A stretch of DNA of 64,000 nt from a virus, in IMG/VR virus record IMGVR_UViG_3300036801_000174, positions 9,383-73,382 of that record, one strand, 5' to 3'. Under the pieces are notes generated by a model that was not told where the DNA came from, ran no database searches, and saw only the letters and a list, made by a program, of their open reading frames with translations. The position numbers and the translations under genes are program-made. Shown one piece after another: positions 1 to 9,361 of the stretch; within the stretch, counting starts at the first letter, position 1, and every line of letters begins with the position of its first letter.

Positions 1-1
1 C

Positions 2-3000
2 AGCAGCCTTCTTGTGAGCCTCCGCCGCGCCCTTGCCCACCCCGTCCGCGAACTGCTTGCCGAGGTCTTTCCCCAGTTCGGCCAGGGACTTGCCGTCCTT
101 CCCGCCCTTCAGCGCCTTCACAATCGACTTCGCCAGGTCCTTGATCGACGCCTCAACCCCGGACAGCGCCGACTTCAGGCCCGCGGCCAGGCCCTTCCCG
201 ATATCCGCACCGGACTCATACGCCGCATTCGCGCCGGTCACACCAAGCTGCTTCGCCGCCTTCGCAAGCTGGTTCTGCAGCTGCGCGACCTCTTTCACGC
301 CCCCCGGCCCCCCGGACAGCAGCGTCTTCGCCGCCGGCAGCCCGGTCGTCACCCCCGCCTGCAGCAGCTGCTTGATGCTGGTCTTGTCCAGGCCCTCTTT
401 CTTCAGCTTCACGATGTCGTTCTTGAACGCGCGGACCTGGCCGATGTACTTCTTCAGCTGCGACTGGACCGACTGGTTCACCGGACCGGGGTCGGTGCCC
501 TGTTCTTCCTCGTAAACCCGCTCACCCTCGGTTTTCACGTTCCCGGCGAGGGTGACGATGTTGCCGCCCTCGATCGCCGAGGACTGCACCGACTTGAACA
601 GCGAGTCGGCGGCCTGGATCTGCGACTCGAGATCCTTCCGCTGCCCCGCGAGCTGCTGGAGTTTGGCGGTGTCAGATTTCAGCCACGACGAGATCGCCGA
701 GTCCTCGCCCCCGGTGATCTTCTTGTCTTTCAGCGCCTTCGCCAGATCCGACTCGAGCTTGCGCATCGTGTCGGCGATGGTCTTGTCATTGAACGGCTTC
801 AGCGTCCCGACCGCGAGATCCTTGGCGGCCTGCTGGACGGCGGCCTTCCCGCCTTCGAGGCCCTGGGCCAGTCCTTCGGCGTCGTTCTTGCCGATGCCCT
901 TGAACACCTTGCTTGGGCTCTGCGTGGCGTGCGCGGCTTTCACGGCCGAGGTGACTGCGTTGGCCATGGCGGTAGCTGCTGCGACAGCGGCGCCCGTGCC
1001 CGCCCGGATCCCGGCTGCGAGCCCGGCGCCCAGGGCGGACCCGGCAGCGTTCCCGGCTGCAGCCATCCCGGACAGGGCGCCGCGGATCTGGCCCACGATG
1101 GCCCGTGCCGCGCCGACTGCGGCACCGCCGCCGGACTGGATGGCGTTCGTCAGCCCGGAATCGAACGCGCGGCCCGCCGACGCCCCGGCGGCCGACATGG
1201 CACCGGACAGGGCACCGAGGCCGGACAGTTTCGCGCTGGACAAATCGACAGTGACGCCGTGGATCTTGACGTTCTTCGCCGCGGCCTGGATCCCCGACGT
1301 GTCAACCTTGTCGACCTTCGCGGTCGCGGGGACCTTGGCGTCCTTCACGCCCGAGGCGTCGGCGTGGGTGATCTTCGCTTTGGCGTTCACCGAAGGCGGC
1401 GCCAGGCCCCCGGCGGTCAGGGACTTCGCGAGCGCCGCCTTGTCGACGTGGATCTTGGCAGTGACCGGGATGTTCATCGGCCCGCCAGCGGTCAGGGAGG
1501 CCCGCAGCGCGCCCTTGTCGACCTTGGGGTGGACCGGGATGCTCAGCGGCCCGGCGCTCCCGGTCAGCGACCGCCGCAGCGCCTCACCGCCTACCGGCTT
1601 CGGGGCGACGGGAATATGCAGCGGGCCGGCGGCAGGAGACAGGGACTTCGCCAGCGCGCCCTTGTCAAGGTGCGGGGTGACCTTGACCGGCACCTGGGCG
1701 GCCTTGCCCGCGAACCCGTGCTGCGTGAATTCCTTCAGCCACGGCGGCTCCCAGGAGCCGGTGAGCGCCGGCTTCCAGAACTTGCTGATGGAGAACTCGC
1801 TGGCCTTCTCCAGGCCGCTGGCGGCCTTGCCGAAGCCCTTGAAAATGTTGTCGAGGATGTGCCCGGCGCCCTTGGTGACAGGGCTGTTCAGCACCGTGTT
1901 CAGGCCGTTGATGGCACCCGTCATGAGCTTGATGCCGTTCACGGCGGCGGTCACCAGGCCAGGGCTCACGGTCTTGATCAGCTGCGACACGCTCTTGACG
2001 AACTGGTTACCCGGCCCTGCGCCCTTGCCCACCAGCTGGCTGATGAACCCGCCGACCGCCCCGCCCAGCTGCTTGAACGAGGCCGCAGCCGGCCCCATGT
2101 CCTTCTTCAGCGAGGAGATGAAGTGCAGGAACCCGGCGGACTTCTCCTGCTTGTCCAGGGCACCCAGCATGTTGCTGATGACCGGCGCCGCGCCCTTCGC
2201 CAGGGACACCAGCGACGGGATGGCGTCCTGGGCGGCCTTGAGCGCCTTGGGGATGTCGTGCAGGAAGTCCTTCTGGATTCCGGACTTGGCGCTGGCCTGC
2301 GAGAACGCGTGCCCGAACTGCTGGATGGACCGCACCGAGGCCGCGATGGGCTTCGGCATCCCGGCCCACGTGTTCTGCAGGCTGGTCAGGGCCTTCTGCT
2401 CGGCCTTCAGGTTCGCCTTGGTCGGGTCACGCTCAGCGGCGACCTGGGCGGTGTGGTACTTCGCCTGGGCTGCCGTGACGGCGGTGAGGCCGTTCTTGAC
2501 CTTCTCCAGCGCCGGGGCCGCGAGCAGGCCGAACGACCCGAAACCCGCGCCGAGGGACAGGACCCCCGGGGTGACGGCGACGACGGCTTCGACCAGGGCA
2601 CCGATCCCTGCGGCCATGACGGGGATGTCCAGGCTGCCGAGACCGCCCATGATCTTGCCCATGCGGCCGAGCTCGTTGTCCGCGTTCTCGGCGTCGTGGG
2701 CGAGCCGTTCGACGTCGCTTCCGCCACCCCGTCCGCCCCGGCCGCCGAACAGCCCTCCGGCGCCGCTGGAGATGCCGCGCTGCGCCAGGGCCGCCTCGGC
2801 GGCGTTGTCGCGGACCTTCCCCAGCGCCTCGGCGTACGCTTCCGCACCGACAGCGGACCGGCCCAGGCTCGGTGCCTTGACCGCCTTCAGCGCAGCAGCG
2901 GCCTCAGCGGCGTCGTCGCGTACCCTGGCCAGTCCCTCGGCTGCCGCTTCCGCCCCGGTGCCGATCTCGCCGAGCTTGACCCCGGAGTCCCGGATCGACT

Positions 3001-3202
3001 TCAGCGCCTTCGCGGCTTCCGCTGCGGCGTTGCGCAGCGACCCCAGCGACTTCGCTGCGGCACCGAACGAGCCCGCGATCTCCCCGGCAGCATCCCGGGC
3101 GTCCTTCAGGGACTTCGCGAGCTCCCGGGCCGCCGCTGCGGCGTCCTGGAGGGAGCCTGCCCCGTGGACCGAGATGTCTACGGACGCGGAGACATCAGCC
3201 AC
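2..3202 (-). CDS. Tape measure protein (3' end runs off window)
   Basis: Absent from ORF track because it has no stop in the window. Read by hand from GTG at 3202 (RBS GGGGGTG): MADVSASVDISVHGAGSLQDAAAAARELAKSLKD..., >1000 aa, Ala/Gly/Lys-rich, contains TQSPSKVFKGIG; downstream of tail tube and chaperone. Confidence 0.88.
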   Translation of the reverse strand, partial: MADVSASVDISVHGAGSLQDAAAAARELAKSLKDARDAAGEIAGSFGAAAKSLGSLRNAAAEAAKALKSIRDSGVKLGEIGTGAEAAAEGLARVRDDAAEAAAALKAVKAPSLGRSAVGAEAYAEALGKVRDNAAEAALAQRGISSGAGGLFGGRGGRGGGSDVERLAHDAENADNELGRMGKIMGGLGSLDIPVMAAGIGALVEAVVAVTPGVLSLGAGFGSFGLLAAPALEKVKNGLTAVTAAQAKYHTAQVAAERDPTKANLKAEQKALTSLQNTWAGMPKPIAASVRSIQQFGHAFSQASAKSGIQKDFLHDIPKALKAAQDAIPSLVSLAKGAAPVISNMLGALDKQEKSAGFLHFISSLKKDMGPAAASFKQLGGAVGGFISQLVGKGAGPGNQFVKSVSQLIKTVSPGLVTAAVNGIKLMTGAINGLNTVLNSPVTKGAGHILDNIFKGFGKAASGLEKASEFSISKFWKPALTGSWEPPWLKEFTQHGFAGKAAQVPVKVTPHLDKGALAKSLSPAAGPLHIPVAPKPVGGEALRRSLTGSAGPLSIPVHPKVDKGALRASLTAGGPMNIPVTAKIHVDKAALAKSLTAGGLAPPSVNAKAKITHADASGVKDAKVPATAKVDKVDTSGIQAAAKNVKIHGVTVDLSSAKLSGLGALSGAMSAAGASAGRAFDSGLTNAIQSGGGAAVGAARAIVGQIRGALSGMAAAGNAAGSALGAGLAAGIRAGTGAAVAAATAMANAVTSAVKAAHATQSPSKVFKGIGKNDAEGLAQGLEGGKAAVQQAAKDLAVGTLKPFNDKTIADTMRKLESDLAKALKDKKITGGEDSAISSWLKSDTAKLQQLAGQRKDLESQIQAADSLFKSVQSSAIEGGNIVTLAGNVKTEGERVYEEEQGTDPGPVNQSVQSQLKKYIGQVRAFKNDIVKLKKEGLDKTSIKQLLQAGVTTGLPAAKTLLSGGPGGVKEVAQLQNQLAKAAKQLGVTGANAAYESGADIGKGLAAGLKSALSGVEASIKDLAKSIVKALKGGKDGKSLAELGKDLGKQFADGVGKGAAEAHKKAA

Positions 3203-3236
3203 GGGTCACCCCCGGCCGGTGGCGTGACGTGGGAGA

Positions 3237-3401
3237 ATGGTGTTTGCGATGAGGCGGATTCGGTGGTGCGATGCCCGCACGCTGAGGAACGGTCTCCCGT
3301 GGCAACTGGCGGTGTACCTCGGCGTGGCCTGCTCGCCGTCGCTGCATCTCTCGCTCAGCAGGTGCACGTTCCACCGGCTCAAGGGGTGGCGGGAGAGTTA
3401 G
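3237..3401 (+). CDS. Small counter-oriented hypothetical protein (50-54 aa)
   Basis: MVFAMRRIRWCDART...KGWRES fills the gap between two minus-strand genes; preceded by GTGACGTGGGAGAAT, nearly identical to the motif upstream of 6259. Confidence 0.35.
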   Translation: MVFAMRRIRWCDARTLRNGLPWQLAVYLGVACSPSLHLSLSRCTFHRLKGWRES

Positions 3402-3820
3402 ATGCCGGACTCCTCGAGGATCTGCTGCACGATGTCGTCGCAGGCGGGGCCTATCGCACCCCGGGCCCACGCGATGGTGCTCTCCACGTAATGCGAGCCC
3501 TTCTGGGTGACGCTCTTCCCGAAGAACGACGAGCCGTCCGTGAGCACCTTCGCGTGCTTGACGGTGATCGTGCCGCCGTCGTTCCTGAACGACGCGTACA
3601 GCGGCAGGTGCGTGGACACCTTCACCTCAGCGTGGCCGCCGCCGCCTTCCAGGTCCGAATGCTCAGACCCGGCCAGGGCACCTGACCGCTTCGGCGTGTT
3701 GCGCTGGAACTCGGCGAGGAACTTGGGCTGGAACTCCTGGGCGCACCGCAGCGCGCCTTTCTCCTCCAGGTCCCTGGCCGCGCGGGACAGGGCATCAGCG
3801 AACGCGTCGAGGCTGGACAT
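3398..3820 (-). CDS. HK97 gp10-like neck/tail-completion protein
   Basis: TPKRSGALAGS and YASFRNDGG motifs, 140 aa, tail module. Confidence 0.65.
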   Translation of the reverse strand: MSSLDAFADALSRAARDLEEKGALRCAQEFQPKFLAEFQRNTPKRSGALAGSEHSDLEGGGGHAEVKVSTHLPLYASFRNDGGTITVKHAKVLTDGSSFFGKSVTQKGSHYVESTIAWARGAIGPACDDIVQQILEESGI

Positions 3821-3821
3821 G

Positions 3822-4465
3822 TCACCCGCTCCCGTTGCGGATCGCGTTCATCGTGGTCCCGATCGGGCCGAGCCACCGGCCCATCTTCAGCGGCAACTGC
3901 TGGGTCTCCCAGGGCTTGAGGCCGTAGTCGATCAGATAGAAGCAGTCTCGGGCAGTTCGGGCGTCGAGTCCGGGAGGTGGTTCTGCGACTCGTCCGGTGA
4001 GCCATTCCTTGAGCCACCACCATCCGTCGAACTCTCCGGACTGGCTGGCTCTTTTGGGCCGCTCTCAGCGTTCAGTGCCTCCTGGTATGGCTCAATCGCG
4101 GTCTTCAGTACCTTCGAGGCCGGGAGAGGAAGCACCTTCCGGGAGTCCGCCGAGTAGGGCAGCGGGATATGCGGCATTGCGTCAGGGGCCGCATAAGACC
4201 AGTCCGTGATCAGCGAGGCGAGCAGGTCATCGCGGCGCTGCAGGAGCATCTCCGCGGTCACGCGCATGCGGGGCGTCTTCTTCGGCGCCACGCTCACGCC
4301 ATCCGCGGACACCTCGTCCTCTTCGTTGGCCTCGTCCTCGATCTGCCTGGCGTAGGCGCGCGTGAAGACCGCCTGGTAGGCGTCATCGTCGGCGGCTGTC
4401 AGGGCATCGATGTCCCGGAGCTCGACCCAGTGCTCCCCGGTACCACCCGGGACCTCAACGCGCAT
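3822..4465 (-). CDS. Tail assembly chaperone gpGT-like extension via -1 frameshift
   Basis: C CCA AAA heptamer at 4052-4058 (minus); -1 frame stays open as ...PKRASQSGEFDGWWWLKEW...YGLKPWETQQLP...NGSG* ending just before the next start. Confidence 0.75.
3932..4465 (-). CDS. Tail assembly chaperone (gpG-like)
   Basis: Follows tail tube gene; LITDWSY motif; slippery site near 3' end. Confidence 0.75.
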   Translation of the reverse strand: MRVEVPGGTGEHWVELRDIDALTAADDDAYQAVFTRAYARQIEDEANEEDEVSADGVSVAPKKTPRMRVTAEMLLQRRDDLLASLITDWSYAAPDAMPHIPLPYSADSRKVLPLPASKVLKTAIEPYQEALNAESGPKEPASPESSTDGGGSRNGSPDESQNHLPDSTPELPETASI

Positions 4466-4541
4466 GGCAAGCCTTTCCTTGAACGTGTATGTCAGCCGTT
4501 AATGACAGGCCGTGGCGCGGCCCAGAGAAGGCCACATCGGC

Positions 4542-5798
4542 TTAATACGTAGCGACTGCGTTTTGCAAGGTGATGGTGCATATGCCCCATCCACCAGAGT
4601 TGCCAACATTGGAGGTATTGCCCAGAAGTATCCCAGTGGTGTTGTATCCGAACAATGTCTTGTCCGCAGTCAGCTTCGCGCTGTTGAAGGCGCCGATCTG
4701 GGCCGACATCGAGAACGAGACCAGGCTCGAACCGCTCAGGCCGTTGCTGGTCGTCCAGACCAAAGTAGGACGAACATTGGACAAATAGTTGTTAAGCGCA
4801 CTTTGATCAGACGCCGGAGCGTAGTCAATCGTGAAAGTCCCGTCCAAAGGACCACGAGCTATGACATAGGGGGCCTGCTGGCCATCGACTGCGGGGATCG
4901 GCTCGACCTCGCGGACGAGGTCAATCTCCCAGCTCATGATGTTGTAGATGCCGGTCCCGCCGATGGTGGACGTGCCCATCCACGCCGGGATCGAGTTCAC
5001 CGAGGAGAGCGAGGGCGTGATGGTCCCGGCCGGAGCGGTCTGCGGCCAGCAGGTCACCGCGCCTTCCCACGTGAGCAGCCCGGTCGCGGCCCCGGAAATC
5101 TTCAGCGAGCTGAAGCACGAGAAGGGATACAGGTCCCCGTAGAATCCGCCGCTGCCCGCGGTCTGGTTGCGGTCGAACAGTGCGTGAGACGGCGGCTGGC
5201 CATTGACGAGGCCTGTGGCCGAAGCCGGGTTCAGGGTATTGAAAACGTGCGTAAACGGGGCCACGACGGTCGTGACGGCGATGCCGGTCAGGTGCGAGAA
5301 CCGGATCGGCGTGGTGGCGTCGACCACGATGGACGTGGCTGTCGAGCCGGTGCCGACCTTGACGATCTCGGCCGTGGTCGTAGTGCCGATCTGGATGTAG
5401 GTCCCGGCGACCGCCGAGGATGCCGAGGTGACGGCGATCGGCCCGGCCCCCGGTGACAGGGCACCGGAGGTGGTCCACGTCGGCGTCCCGGCTGTCCCGG
5501 TGGCGGTGTAGTCGCCGAATACGTTCAGGAGCACATGCCCGATGGTGTCGCCGAACAGCGGCGACGCCGGGATGGCGACCTCGGTCCAGTACGACCCGAG
5601 CTGCAGGTCGTAGACGGACGTCATGGCGCCCCGCAGGCCCTTGTCCTCAAGCAGCCCCAGCTTCGGGTCGGGATTGAAGCCGGCCACTGGCAACTCGACA
5701 TACCCGCTCGAAGGTGGCGTACCGGTCGTCGCTTCCTTGGCGATGCCGACGAACCGCTCGGCAACCGGGTATATGGCAGTAGGCACGGCCAAAGTCAT
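4542..5798 (-). CDS. Major tail (tube) protein
   Basis: FVGIAKEATTGTP N-terminus, Thr/Gly-rich beta content, position before chaperone. Confidence 0.8.
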   Translation of the reverse strand: MTLAVPTAIYPVAERFVGIAKEATTGTPPSSGYVELPVAGFNPDPKLGLLEDKGLRGAMTSVYDLQLGSYWTEVAIPASPLFGDTIGHVLLNVFGDYTATGTAGTPTWTTSGALSPGAGPIAVTSASSAVAGTYIQIGTTTTAEIVKVGTGSTATSIVVDATTPIRFSHLTGIAVTTVVAPFTHVFNTLNPASATGLVNGQPPSHALFDRNQTAGSGGFYGDLYPFSCFSSLKISGAATGLLTWEGAVTCWPQTAPAGTITPSLSSVNSIPAWMGTSTIGGTGIYNIMSWEIDLVREVEPIPAVDGQQAPYVIARGPLDGTFTIDYAPASDQSALNNYLSNVRPTLVWTTSNGLSGSSLVSFSMSAQIGAFNSAKLTADKTLFGYNTTGILLGNTSNVGNSGGWGICTITLQNAVATY

Positions 5799-5856
5799 GG
5801 AACTCACCCATTTCTGTCAGGGCAGGCTGGAAGGCCGTCCGGATGCTGGGAGTGGT

Positions 5857-6222
5857 CTAGTCGTCGCTCTCGGAACCGCCCTCAGGCGGCGTCACGCTGA
5901 CCGCAGCCGGGCTCTTGGCCCTGGGCGCGGGTGCTGGCACGGCCGGGGTCTTAGAGACCGCCTCAGCGCTGTCCCCGCCCTCGTCCTCCGGCTCCGGGTC
6001 GGCCAGCCGCTTCGGCAGCGGGCCGTCCGAGGGGAACCAGTCCGCGGTCGGCGGCGGGAACCACGCGGCGGCCTCGTCCGGGTCCTCCGGCACCATCACG
6101 CCGAACGGGCCGGAGAACTCCCGCTCCTCGCCCGGCTTCACGTAGCCGACAATCACGGCGCGGGCGTCCCGGGTCTCAGGAAAGGAGCACGGGGTGGTCC
6201 CGCAGAAGGTGAACTCGGGCAT
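5857..6222 (-). CDS. Hypothetical virion-module protein
   Basis: ATG with GGAGG RBS; MPEFTFCGTTP...; Pro/Ala-rich tail. Confidence 0.6.
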   Translation of the reverse strand: MPEFTFCGTTPCSFPETRDARAVIVGYVKPGEEREFSGPFGVMVPEDPDEAAAWFPPPTADWFPSDGPLPKRLADPEPEDEGGDSAEAVSKTPAVPAPAPRAKSPAAVSVTPPEGGSESDD

Positions 6223-6258
6223 GGGACCTCCAGCGACGTGACGTGGGAAGATGCGGGG

Positions 6259-6648
6259 ATGATCAGCGAGGAGCAGGTGGCATTCCTGGCCGCGCGGCTT
6301 GACGAGGACGAGACGAGTGCCAAACTGGCTGCCCGCGAGGGTGGCACGTGGACGCAAGACGATCCCGCACGCTTCCCGGGTTCGATCTCAAGCCTTGGCG
6401 GCCCGGTCGTTTACGACGAAGGCGCACCGGATGAGAACCAGGCTCCGCACATCGTTCGGTTTGACCCGAACCGTATGCTCCGCGACGTGGCGGCCGACCG
6501 GCAGCTGCTCGCCGCCTGGCAGCAAGCGGAGGCTGCTACACCTGCTAGCGCCTGGGAGAGCGACTACGCGCAGGCGCTAGAACGGGCCGTCAGGATCCGG
6601 GCCGCCGTCTACAGCGACCACCCGGACTACGGGAAGTTGTTCGGCTAG
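6259..6648 (+). CDS. DUF6221-family protein (counter-oriented)
   Basis: FLAARLDEDE...HIVRFDPNRMLRDVAADRQLL...YSDHPDY signature; -10 GAAGAT 6 nt before ATG. Confidence 0.8.
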   Translation: MISEEQVAFLAARLDEDETSAKLAAREGGTWTQDDPARFPGSISSLGGPVVYDEGAPDENQAPHIVRFDPNRMLRDVAADRQLLAAWQQAEAATPASAWESDYAQALERAVRIRAAVYSDHPDYGKLFG

Positions 6649-7265
6649 ACCGGGATATTGGGCACCGGAACAAGCCTCGGGCAATACGCCCAGAACTCGA
6701 ACGTCGCGTCGCCTGCGTACCGGCCCCGCGCGTCAGCCCTGCCCTCGGCGTTGACGACCGGCTGGAATGGCATGGACGCGTCCTGCCCGGCCATGCCATC
6801 GGTGACGCGGCCGAAGAAGTTCTCCCCGGCTTCCTCGATCAGCCGCCCCTCCGGCGTGGAGGTGCCGAGGGTGGGGTCGGCGTACAGCAGGTTCAGCATG
6901 GCGTCGAGCAGGTCATCAAGGCCGGCTTCGGCGGTCTCCACGTGCTGTTCCTCGGAGATCACCACGAGGCGGCACTGCACGTTGTACCAGTGATTGAACC
7001 AGCCGCCCATTGCGAGGCGCTGGCGCTGGCGCTGGAAGCCCGCGACGCCCATGACCGCGCCCCAGCCGTGACCGTCGGGCATCCCTGCTGTGTAGTACGG
7101 GTCGGGGACGCCTTTGGGTGCGTACGGGTAGGCGGTGCCCAGCCCGGAGGCCGTGAGGGGGCCGTTCTGGTATGCGATCCCAGCGTCCGTCGTGACCAGC
7201 AGGCCACCGAAGTAGGCGGCGATGGCCTCGCGGACCTGCTGCCGCTCGCCGGTTTCCCCGGTCAC
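6645..7265 (-). CDS. Putative tail terminator/neck protein
   Basis: LLYADPTLG motif, coupled to upstream gene, position. Confidence 0.55.
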   Translation of the reverse strand: MTGETGERQQVREAIAAYFGGLLVTTDAGIAYQNGPLTASGLGTAYPYAPKGVPDPYYTAGMPDGHGWGAVMGVAGFQRQRQRLAMGGWFNHWYNVQCRLVVISEEQHVETAEAGLDDLLDAMLNLLYADPTLGTSTPEGRLIEEAGENFFGRVTDGMAGQDASMPFQPVVNAEGRADARGRYAGDATFEFWAYCPRLVPVPNIPV

Positions 7266-8218
7266 GGCCGCCAGCCAGGCCTATAGGGCTCGAGGAAACC
7301 CAAGGCGTCATTGATGAGGCCGCCCGCCTGGCCGCCCCTGCCTTCCTCGGTGAAGCGCTTCCCGGTGCCGAAGGCGTCCACGGGCAGTTCCTCGGACACG
7401 TCCTCACGCATCAGGAACGCGATGGCGAAGCAGATCACGGCCTGCAGGATGCCCCGCGGCATGCCGGTGACCAGGACCCCGCCGTCGTGGGCGTTCACGA
7501 CCGGGGCAGCGAGCGGGACCGTGGTCACCGCGGGGGGCACCGTGGGCACACCCGGCACGTACGAGGAGCCGACGGTGACCACCTCGGACTTGCCGAGGTC
7601 GTAGAACCGCAGCTGGTCACCGGGCAGGACACTGGTCGCGTCGGTCAGGGACAGCGAGTCATCCGAGGCGGCGCATGCGGAGTTCAGCACGGTCGACGGG
7701 AATCCCGCCACATACGACATCGCGATGAACACCCGCCGTCCCGGGCGGGGTGCCTGCGGGCCGAAGATGCGGGGCATGACGGGGCCGGGCGGGACATCGC
7801 CGCCGGGGCGGAAGGAATACTGCCGGCCCCACGTCATCCACGCGGTCGGGTTCGGCAGCGGGTCGGTCTTCATCTCCGCCGGGTCGGTGCCGTACGACAC
7901 GGCGGTGATGCCGCGGACCGGGACGTCACGGGGCCGGACCGTCACCCGGCCGTCGTGGCTGACCGGCACCTGGTGGTTCTCGCCCTGCACGTAATGCCCG
8001 TCGAGGCGCATCGTGCGGCCCTCGTCGAGGTCCAGGCACGCTTGCGTGGCGGCGAGCAGGACGTCGGCGAGCTCGCCTTCCTGGGCGTCCTCGAACAGGC
8101 CGGGGACGAGGTTGTCCAGGTCGAGCCAGTGCGGGTACGCCCTGAACGCGTCGTCAGTGAGGTAGGGCTCGGTGAGGACCGCGGCGGGTGGCGGGGTGAG
8201 GACCGGGATTGCTGCCAT
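7262..8218 (-). CDS. Putative head-to-tail adaptor
   Basis: YVAGF and PRGILQAVIC...LEPYR motifs typical of adaptors; position after capsid genes. Confidence 0.6.
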   Translation of the reverse strand: MAAIPVLTPPPAAVLTEPYLTDDAFRAYPHWLDLDNLVPGLFEDAQEGELADVLLAATQACLDLDEGRTMRLDGHYVQGENHQVPVSHDGRVTVRPRDVPVRGITAVSYGTDPAEMKTDPLPNPTAWMTWGRQYSFRPGGDVPPGPVMPRIFGPQAPRPGRRVFIAMSYVAGFPSTVLNSACAASDDSLSLTDATSVLPGDQLRFYDLGKSEVVTVGSSYVPGVPTVPPAVTTVPLAAPVVNAHDGGVLVTGMPRGILQAVICFAIAFLMREDVSEELPVDAFGTGKRFTEEGRGGQAGGLINDALGFLEPYRPGWRP

Positions 8219-8232
8219 GGGCCCTCACCGCC

Positions 8233-8481
8233 TCACGCTGCGACGGTCCTGGGTTTGGGGTGCAGGGCCTTCTTGTTCTTCGCGGCCTTGCTGCCGTGCG
8301 GCGCCGGGGCATGACCCTGTCCCTGACCGTGTCCCTGCCCGTGCCCGTGCGCGGGCTTGGCACCCTTCTTGTGGCGTGCCGGGGGTGCCCGCTTTTTGCC
8401 GGCCTTCCCCTTGGCGCCCTTGCCGCCCTTGGCTCCGGGCTTCGCTGCCTTCCCCTTGGCGCGGTGTTTGGGGTGGTGCAC
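8233..8481 (-). CDS. Small Lys/Gly/His-rich basic protein
   Basis: 82 aa low-complexity ORF with high-GC3 codons filling the gap in the head operon. Confidence 0.6.
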   Translation of the reverse strand: MHHPKHRAKGKAAKPGAKGGKGAKGKAGKKRAPPARHKKGAKPAHGHGQGHGQGQGHAPAPHGSKAAKNKKALHPKPRTVAA

Positions 8482-8494
8482 AGCGGGAGCGGGC

Positions 8495-8917
8495 CTAGCT
8501 CGTGATAACGACGTACGAGACGAGGAAGGTGTGCGAGGCCGTCATCGACGCCGTGTTCTTGATCGTGATCGCCGTGGCCGTAACCGAGGCGATCACCGTG
8601 GCGACGTTGGTCAGCGTCGAGGTCGTGTCCACCAGGGACACCAGCACCGCTGCCGGGGCGGCGGCGTAGGTGTTCCCGAACGTGACCGTGGCGATCGTGC
8701 CCGCCGTGACCGATGTGCCGTCCGTGGTCAGGACGAACGACCCGCCGAGGTCATGGCCCACGGGCGCCGAGGAGACGCAGTGGGTGACGCCCGCGACAGT
8801 GGGGGCTGTCCCTGCGCCGCCGAGCTGGGGCACGCCGAGCGGGCCGGTCAGGGTGCCGCCCCAGATGGGGAGCGTGTCGGCGTACGCGGCAACGATGCCG
8901 TCGTTCGGGTTGGGCAT
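8495..8917 (-). CDS. Putative capsid decoration/structural protein
   Basis: Thr/Val/Ala-rich 140 aa, GGGAG RBS, position. Confidence 0.5.
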   Translation of the reverse strand: MPNPNDGIVAAYADTLPIWGGTLTGPLGVPQLGGAGTAPTVAGVTHCVSSAPVGHDLGGSFVLTTDGTSVTAGTIATVTFGNTYAAAPAAVLVSLVDTTSTLTNVATVIASVTATAITIKNTASMTASHTFLVSYVVITS

Positions 8918-8950
8918 GGTGATGCTCCCTGGGGTCGTTGCCTGACGGGG

Positions 8951-9292
8951 TTACTTGGCGGCTGCCTTCGCTGGCGCTGCCTTGGCGGCAGGTGCCTTGG
9001 CGTGCTCGGCCGGTGCCTCAGCCTCCGCCGGGGCGGTTGCCTGGGCGGCCTTGACCAGCTGGTTCACGGCGTCGAGGAGTGTGGCCGGGTCCTTGCGGCG
9101 CTCCAGTTCCTCGCTGATGAGCCGGCGCTGCCGGCCGATGTCGGTCTCCCACTGCGGCTGCCCCGCGGTGGCGAAGCCGGCCAGGCGCTGGCCAAGTTCC
9201 TCGGGCAGGTCGAACGCGCCGTCCTTGCCTGCGGTGTAGTGCTCGCCGGAATCGTCGATGGCGATGGCGCCTGTGCGCGAGTAGAGGCGCAT
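8951..9292 (-). CDS. Hypothetical head-module protein
   Basis: AAGGAG RBS, MRLYSRTG..., AKAAPAK tail. Confidence 0.65.
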   Translation of the reverse strand: MRLYSRTGAIAIDDSGEHYTAGKDGAFDLPEELGQRLAGFATAGQPQWETDIGRQRRLISEELERRKDPATLLDAVNQLVKAAQATAPAEAEAPAEHAKAPAAKAAPAKAAAK

Positions 9293-9361
9293 GCGTGCTC
9301 CTTCGGGCATGACAAAGGCCAGACGCAGGGCCCGGCCTCGTCAGCGAGTAGGTGGATACGA

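Noticed and set aside
14-3685. Very long plus-strand ORFs (14-3685, 552-3227; likewise 10249-11835, 11886-13898, 16094-18352, and minus-strand 61010-62542)
   Set aside because: Antisense shadows of real high-GC genes on the opposite strand; no motifs and atypical composition
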